DNA of 64,000 nucleotides, from positions 78,223-142,222 of the forward strand of contig JANJTB010000002.1 in assembly GCA_024711295.1 (NCBI GenBank), in the 5' to 3' direction. Positions 59,029-64,000 of this stretch are shown in pieces. The DNA is from a bacterium. GTDB lineage: Bacteria > Bacteroidota > Ignavibacteria > Kapaibacteriales > UBA2268. The notes beneath the pieces were generated by a model, which was not told where the DNA came from, ran no database searches, and saw nothing but the letters and a program-made list of their open reading frames with translations. Position numbers and translations under genes: made by a program. Within the stretch, counting starts at the first letter, position 1. Each line of letters begins with the position of its first letter.

Positions 59029-61011
59029 ATGAAAAAGTTTCTACATTTGATTTTGATGTTTGCAGTCATTACACTGATTTTTGCTTCATGTAAAGACACA
59101 ACAACAAATCCAGTATCGGAAAATATTATTTCCGGAATAATCGCTGACGAACTTGATGCTCCAATCGAAAATGCACTTGTTGAATTGCTTGGTGCCGAGG
59201 AAAAAGTTATCTCCAATACTAAAACAAACGAAAATGGAGAGTTTTCTTTTACAGTTTCAGGTAACGACTACAAGAATTTTTCACTAAGAGTAAGTTTCGA
59301 AGGTTACCAAACTCTCAATTACACTGTCTCGGAGTTCCTGAAGGATAATCAAAAACCAAATAACATGAAACTTAAGTTAAATAAACTACAAGAACAGGAT
59401 GATTGCTGTGGCCAATTGACAATCACTGTTAAGAAGTTCGAAACAGACCAGGTAATTTCAGGTGCAAAAGTAAAGATATCAAAAGAGAATAAAAATTTTG
59501 ATATATTAACAACCAATGATAACGGCAAAGTGACCTGGAATAAATTATGCTCAGGAACTTATTGGGTTAGAATCAGTAAAGATAATTTTCAAGTTTTGGA
59601 AAAAGAATTTATTATAGAAGGAGACTGTGATACACTTAGCTTTGAATACGGAATAAAACCTGAAGAAAACAGTAATTGCTGCAATAACATTGCAAAGTTT
59701 ACTATCAACGACGCTGAGGGCAAAGGCATCAAAGGTGCACGTGTATTATTAAGAATTTCTGGCCAAGTTAAGTATGAAGGTTCTGCGAATGAAGATGGCA
59801 AAGTAGTTATTGATGGCATTTGCAAAGGTAAATATTCTGTACTTATAAAATACGAAGGTTATGTATCCCAGGAGGTGGATCTTGAATTTAATTGTGAACA
59901 GACTATAGAAAAAACTGTAAAATTGGATAAAGTTGCAGAAAAGTGTTGCAATAACACATTTAAAATTTTAGTAAAAGATTCCAAAACAGGCAATCCTATT
60001 AAAGAGTCCAAAGTTGCATTGTGGCAAGAAGGGAAAATGGTTTATTATGCATATACCAATCAAGAGGGCTATGCAGAAATAAATAATATTTGCCAGGGCA
60101 AATATGGAGTTAGTATTATCCGCGAAGGCTATACAGGCATAGAATGGCAAGTTGAATTCGAATGTGAAAAGGTACTATCATTCGAAAAATCTATAACTCC
60201 AAAGGCAAATACTGATTGTTGCGGTATAGCTTCTTTTGTTGTTAAGGATTATAACACCGGTCTTCCAATCAAAAATGCTGAAGTTAAAGTACAGACCGGC
60301 AATACCTATAAGATACTAAAAACAGATGAGAATGGATTTGTAAAATTCACTGAATTATGCATTGGTTCCTATTGGGTAAGAGTTGCTTACGAAGGTTACC
60401 AGGTAATGGAAGAAGATTTTAAGATTGAATCATGCGAAAAACAAGTAGAGATGACTCTTAAAATCAAACCTAAAGAAAACTCAGATTGTTGTAATAATCA
60501 AATTAAGTTTGTTGTAAAAGATGCGGAAGGAAATTTGTTGACCAATGTTCAAATCAAGTTAGTTAAAGGTGGGTCAATAATTACTACTTTAAAGACACAA
60601 AATGGCCTTGCAACAACTGATAAGAATATTTGCAAAGGTTCTTATGGTGTTCGTATTTACCTCGAAGGCTACGATGTTATAGAATACGAACTGAATGTTG
60701 ATTGCAACCAAGTTATCGAACAATCAAAAGTATTAACTAAAAAATCAATATGTTGCGAAGCCTGGGCAAAAGTTTTTGTGTTCGACAACGAAAGTAAACA
60801 AGCTCTTAATGGTGCAAAAGTAAAGATTTGGAAAGGCGGTCAATTACTAAAAACATTAACTGTCGAGAACGGATATGTTAAGTTTACAGGCCTTTGTGAA
60901 GGTGAATATGGCTTTGACGTTGTTATGGAAGGCTACAAGTCAATAGAATTTGGCGCAAATATCAAATGTAACCAGGAAAATATCTTTGAGAAAGGTTTAA
61001 TCAAGAATTAA
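59029..61011 (+). CDS. lipoprotein composed of seven tandem carboxypeptidase-regulatory-like (CarbopepD_reg/transthyretin-like) domains, six of them cysteine-bracketed
   Basis: Lipobox IFASC. Repeats of about 90 aa start with CC at residues 126, 217, 306, 397, 487 and 575, each with two further conserved Cys (LCxGxYxV and GY...xxCxx). Each repeat matches G.V.D...G.PI.GA.V.......T.ENG.V.F..LC.G.Y.V.....GY. Confidence 0.7.
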   Translation: MKKFLHLILMFAVITLIFASCKDTTTNPVSENIISGIIADELDAPIENALVELLGAEEKVISNTKTNENGEFSFTVSGNDYKNFSLRVSFEGYQTLNYTVSEFLKDNQKPNNMKLKLNKLQEQDDCCGQLTITVKKFETDQVISGAKVKISKENKNFDILTTNDNGKVTWNKLCSGTYWVRISKDNFQVLEKEFIIEGDCDTLSFEYGIKPEENSNCCNNIAKFTINDAEGKGIKGARVLLRISGQVKYEGSANEDGKVVIDGICKGKYSVLIKYEGYVSQEVDLEFNCEQTIEKTVKLDKVAEKCCNNTFKILVKDSKTGNPIKESKVALWQEGKMVYYAYTNQEGYAEINNICQGKYGVSIIREGYTGIEWQVEFECEKVLSFEKSITPKANTDCCGIASFVVKDYNTGLPIKNAEVKVQTGNTYKILKTDENGFVKFTELCIGSYWVRVAYEGYQVMEEDFKIESCEKQVEMTLKIKPKENSDCCNNQIKFVVKDAEGNLLTNVQIKLVKGGSIITTLKTQNGLATTDKNICKGSYGVRIYLEGYDVIEYELNVDCNQVIEQSKVLTKKSICCEAWAKVFVFDNESKQALNGAKVKIWKGGQLLKTLTVENGYVKFTGLCEGEYGFDVVMEGYKSIEFGANIKCNQENIFEKGLIKN

Positions 61012-61035
61012 CTTTTGTTTGAAATTAATTTTTTA

Positions 61036-61075
61036 TAAAGCTGCTTATCATTGTTTTAAGCAGCTTTTTTTTGGA
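61036..61075 (+). terminator. terminator after the repeat lipoprotein gene
   Basis: AAGCTGCTTA-tcattgtt-TAAGCAGCTT stem followed by a T8 run. Confidence 0.65.
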
Positions 61076-61155
61076 TTAACAACTATTAACTTGTGGGGAA
61101 ATTTTTTATTTATTACTTTTAAGTAAATTTAGCTTAAATTAAAAAGAATCAATCA

Positions 61156-63296
61156 ATGAAATTATGGTTAAACTCAATTATCATCTCATTAATATGCTTA
61201 ATTATAGCAGTAAATATATCTAAATCACAGCATCTTGATATATACAGTTTCTATGGCAACAATTTATATATACCTTCAATAATTAATATTGATGATGACA
61301 TATGGTTCACCACTTATCTTAACGGTGTCAGAAAGCTAAATTTAATTACAAATTCATTTGTTGAATACAAAGATGAAATACCAAACTATAAGAATATAGT
61401 TCTAACAGGTAATGCCAAGGATGCAGAGAATAATTTATGGCTTTCTTCAGATAAAGGGTTGTTAAGATATCAAAACAACAAGTTCGAAGAAATTCAACCA
61501 TTAGGTGTTACTTTGTTATATAATTCTATTACATCATTAAAATCTGACAGTAAGGGAAAGTTATGGGCTTGCTCAAGTTTCATGCAGATATTATCTTTTG
61601 AAAATAACGTGTGGTCAAATCATGATTTATTTAGTGAAAATACAAACTACTATATAACTAAAATGATTATTGACAATAATGATAATCTGGTTTTATGGGT
61701 TAATGAAATTGGCTTGGTTATTTATGATGGGCAAACACAAAAGACTTATTCTGAATTTCATGATACAATAAATGAAAATTATGTTGTTGATATTCAGATA
61801 GACAACAACAATACAATTTATGTAATTGATTCAAGACTTAATATATATTACTTAAAAGATAATCAAATCCTTTCCTTAGCTAATTCAATTATTGATAGTG
61901 GAAATTATATGTTTTGGGTTAGTTCTAGTTTCGATAAAAATAATAAATTATTGATTGGGGTGAATGGTTTAAATATTTATGACGGTACAAAGTGGACTAT
62001 TATCAACCGGAAAAACTCAGACTTAACTGATACCTACTTTAGCAAGATTTATTCGATAAATACAATAATTACTGGCTGTTTGGAAAATCTACAGAAGTAT
62101 TTAAAATGGAAAATGACAAAATTTTCGAAATTAATACAAACAGATCTTGGATGTACGGAGGTTTTATTAGTACGATGAAGTTACAACATAATTTATCCCA
62201 AAAAATATTATTTGGTAATCAATCAATCAGTGTAAATGATGGCAAAAGATGGTACAACTTTAGTATTCATAATACAGCATTATCTGATATCATTTTTTCA
62301 AGCTTAAATGATGTCTGTCTTGACGAGCTTGGATATTTGTGGATTTTTACTAATAAAAGTTGCTATAGATTAAAAGATCATGAAATAGTTGATATAACAT
62401 CAACCTATCCTGAATTTGTTGGCGGTGATTTGTTTAGCCTGATGTCTTTACCAAATGGAGAAGTTTATGTAGGTATTCGTAATGGCTTAGCTAAGTTCAA
62501 TCATTCAGAAGGTTTCACTAAAATTAAAGGTCCAATATCGTATACAAGTTATGGAACATGTAAATTTGGGAAGGATAACAAATTGACAATATTTAATGGA
62601 TATCGCATTGGTAAGATTGAAAATGATTCTGTGATATACAATAAAGAGAACATTATAGCAGAATCATCGATTGACATGTCCTTCGATGTCTCCAAAGATG
62701 GCATTGTTTGGGCTAACTTAAATGAGCACCTTGGCAAATTTGAGAATAACAAATGGGAATATTTCAAACTTGATTCTATACATACCGGAAAGGTTCCCTT
62801 TTTCGTGCGAATTGACAGCAAAGATAACTTATGGTTTTTGTCAAGTTCAGGAGTACTTGCAAAATGGAATCAAAAGGATAAGCCAAAATTTCAATATGTT
62901 ACTTCAACTTTTGATGATCTTGCAAATATAGTAGGTTATGAAATCGATAAATTTGATAACATTTGGATAGCAAAGGCAAATTGACAGGTACTTGTAATTA
63001 ACGAAACTGGGGAAATAATTACAGATATTAATGAAATAACATCAACTTACGATACCATTGATGTATATCCGAATCCTGCACAAGATTTTGTAACTATCGC
63101 TTGTAACGAATTTACACAACATGAAAATAATAATCAATCGAGTATCTTAATATATAATTTTGGGGGTTATGAAGTACTAAAGGTCAATAGTACTGAGACA
63201 AAAGATAACAATTTAAGAATTGATATTTCAGAATTGCCGGTTGGTGCTTATTTTATTAAAATGAATGACAGAATAATTAAATTCTTAAAAAATTAG
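61156..63296 (+). pseudogene. disrupted gene for a two-component-regulator-propeller (Y_Y_Y-like) protein with T9SS C-terminal sorting domain (1-nt frameshift near 62045-62060 plus in-frame TGA at 62985)
   Basis: Track ORFs 61156-62178 and 62106-62984 are consecutive pieces of one propeller protein in frames offset by one nt. The second frame is open back to a TAG at 62040-62042. It is followed by an in-frame TGA. Then comes an open T9SS CTD: ...VYPNPAQDFVTIACNEF...ISELPVGAYFIKMNDRIIKFLKN, stop at about 63296. Confidence 0.5.
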
Positions 63297-63556
63297 AATT
63301 CAAAACTACATTTTTTATAAAAAATAACAATTTTTAAAGAAAAATTCAATTATTTTGGGACAAAAATCGAATTGATGTGTCTTTATAAGTAGATAATGGA
63401 ACAAATTCAAAAAAAGTATTATGATACATTCTAAATATATCATAAATACATGAAACGAATTACCTATTACCAAATGAGCGATTTATTAAAATTCAACCGT
63501 GAGAAAATATATACAGTTATTTTACCAATTTTAAATTACTCTTAGAATGTCGAGAC

Positions 63557-64000
63557 ATGCATAAGAATATCATTCTGAAAAAAATTCAATGTATCAGCAC
63601 AAACTATGATGAACTTTCAAGTGACATCATGTTAGCTCTTATGAATCAAAAAAAGACAATCTTTATTCATTTGAACATGTTTAACTTCACAATATTAACT
63701 GAGAATGATGATTTTTTAAGCAGGTATTCTGAATATTCAAGGTTATATTTTGAAGGAATAGGTATGAAAATAGCCGCTTATATCTTAGGTCAAAGTTGGA
63801 ATAATGACACAAACGGAACAGACCTTTACCCTATTCTTTTCAATCAATTAGAGAAACAAGAGCTGAGAATTTATTTACTTGGGGCAACTGAAGTTGTAAT
63901 AAATAATGCAGTCACGAATATTAAAGCATATTTTCCCAAAATTCAACTATCAGGATATAGCTCGGGATATTTTTCTGAAGATAATGAAAGCAAAATTGTT
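63557..64000 (+). CDS. WecB/TagA/CpsF-family glycosyltransferase (N-terminal part; continues beyond window end)
   Basis: ...GTDLYPILFNQLEKQELRIYLLGATEVVINNAVTNIKAYFPKIQLSGYSSGYF matches the family core; ATG at 63557; no stop within the window. Confidence 0.7.
   Translation, partial: MHKNIILKKIQCISTNYDELSSDIMLALMNQKKTIFIHLNMFNFTILTENDDFLSRYSEYSRLYFEGIGMKIAAYILGQSWNNDTNGTDLYPILFNQLEKQELRIYLLGATEVVINNAVTNIKAYFPKIQLSGYSSGYFSEDNESKIV

Noticed and set aside
62985-62987. In-frame TGA as selenocysteine or TGA-recoding
   Set aside because: All other long genes in the window use TGA/TAA/TAG normally. There is no nearby stem-loop resembling a bacterial SECIS, and the restored residue would be Trp in a non-redox context. 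It is more likely a mutation or a sequencing error.

Overview
Low-GC (about 34% GC) chromosomal window from a Bacteroidota/Ignavibacteriota-like organism. Housekeeping genes are interleaved with cell-envelope loci; T9SS is inferred from C-terminal sorting-domain cargo and flagella from fliLMNO. The minus-strand operon at the start is gpmA, a GlmU-N-like nucleotidyltransferase, panD, an FAD oxidoreductase, pnp and rpsO. Core metabolic and information-processing genes follow: hbd, HU, mdh, glmS, two nucleotide-sugar dehydrogenases, class I fbaB, tag, recO, coaE, secA, arfB and thpR. There are four tRNAs: Met-CAT, Ala-GGC, Asp-GTC and Asn-GTT. At least five proteins carry C-terminal T9SS sorting domains: two S8 peptidases, an FG-GAP propeller protein, a hypothetical, and a disrupted Y_Y_Y propeller gene. 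A fliL-fliM-fliN-fliO fragment is followed immediately by a 13-heme cytochrome c and a di-heme cytochrome b (CbcL-like split module), then an orphan multi-PAS histidine kinase. The window ends with a partial WecB/TagA glycosyltransferase. The most unusual items are: (i) a lipoprotein with a W/Y/H-rich core and a Ser/Gly/Arg disordered tail of roughly 150-230 aa, paired with a FadL/PorV-like barrel; (ii) a lipoprotein of seven tandem CarbopepD-like domains, six bracketed by CC...C...C cysteines; (iii) a conserved block of about 100 nt plus a thrice-repeated GGCTGTGA hairpin downstream of two different tRNAs on opposite strands; (iv) the cytochrome module sitting where fliPQR would be expected; (v) a frameshifted, TGA-interrupted T9SS cargo gene. 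I saw no CRISPR array, integrase or transposase. All coordinates were read by eye without tools and may be off by a few nt.
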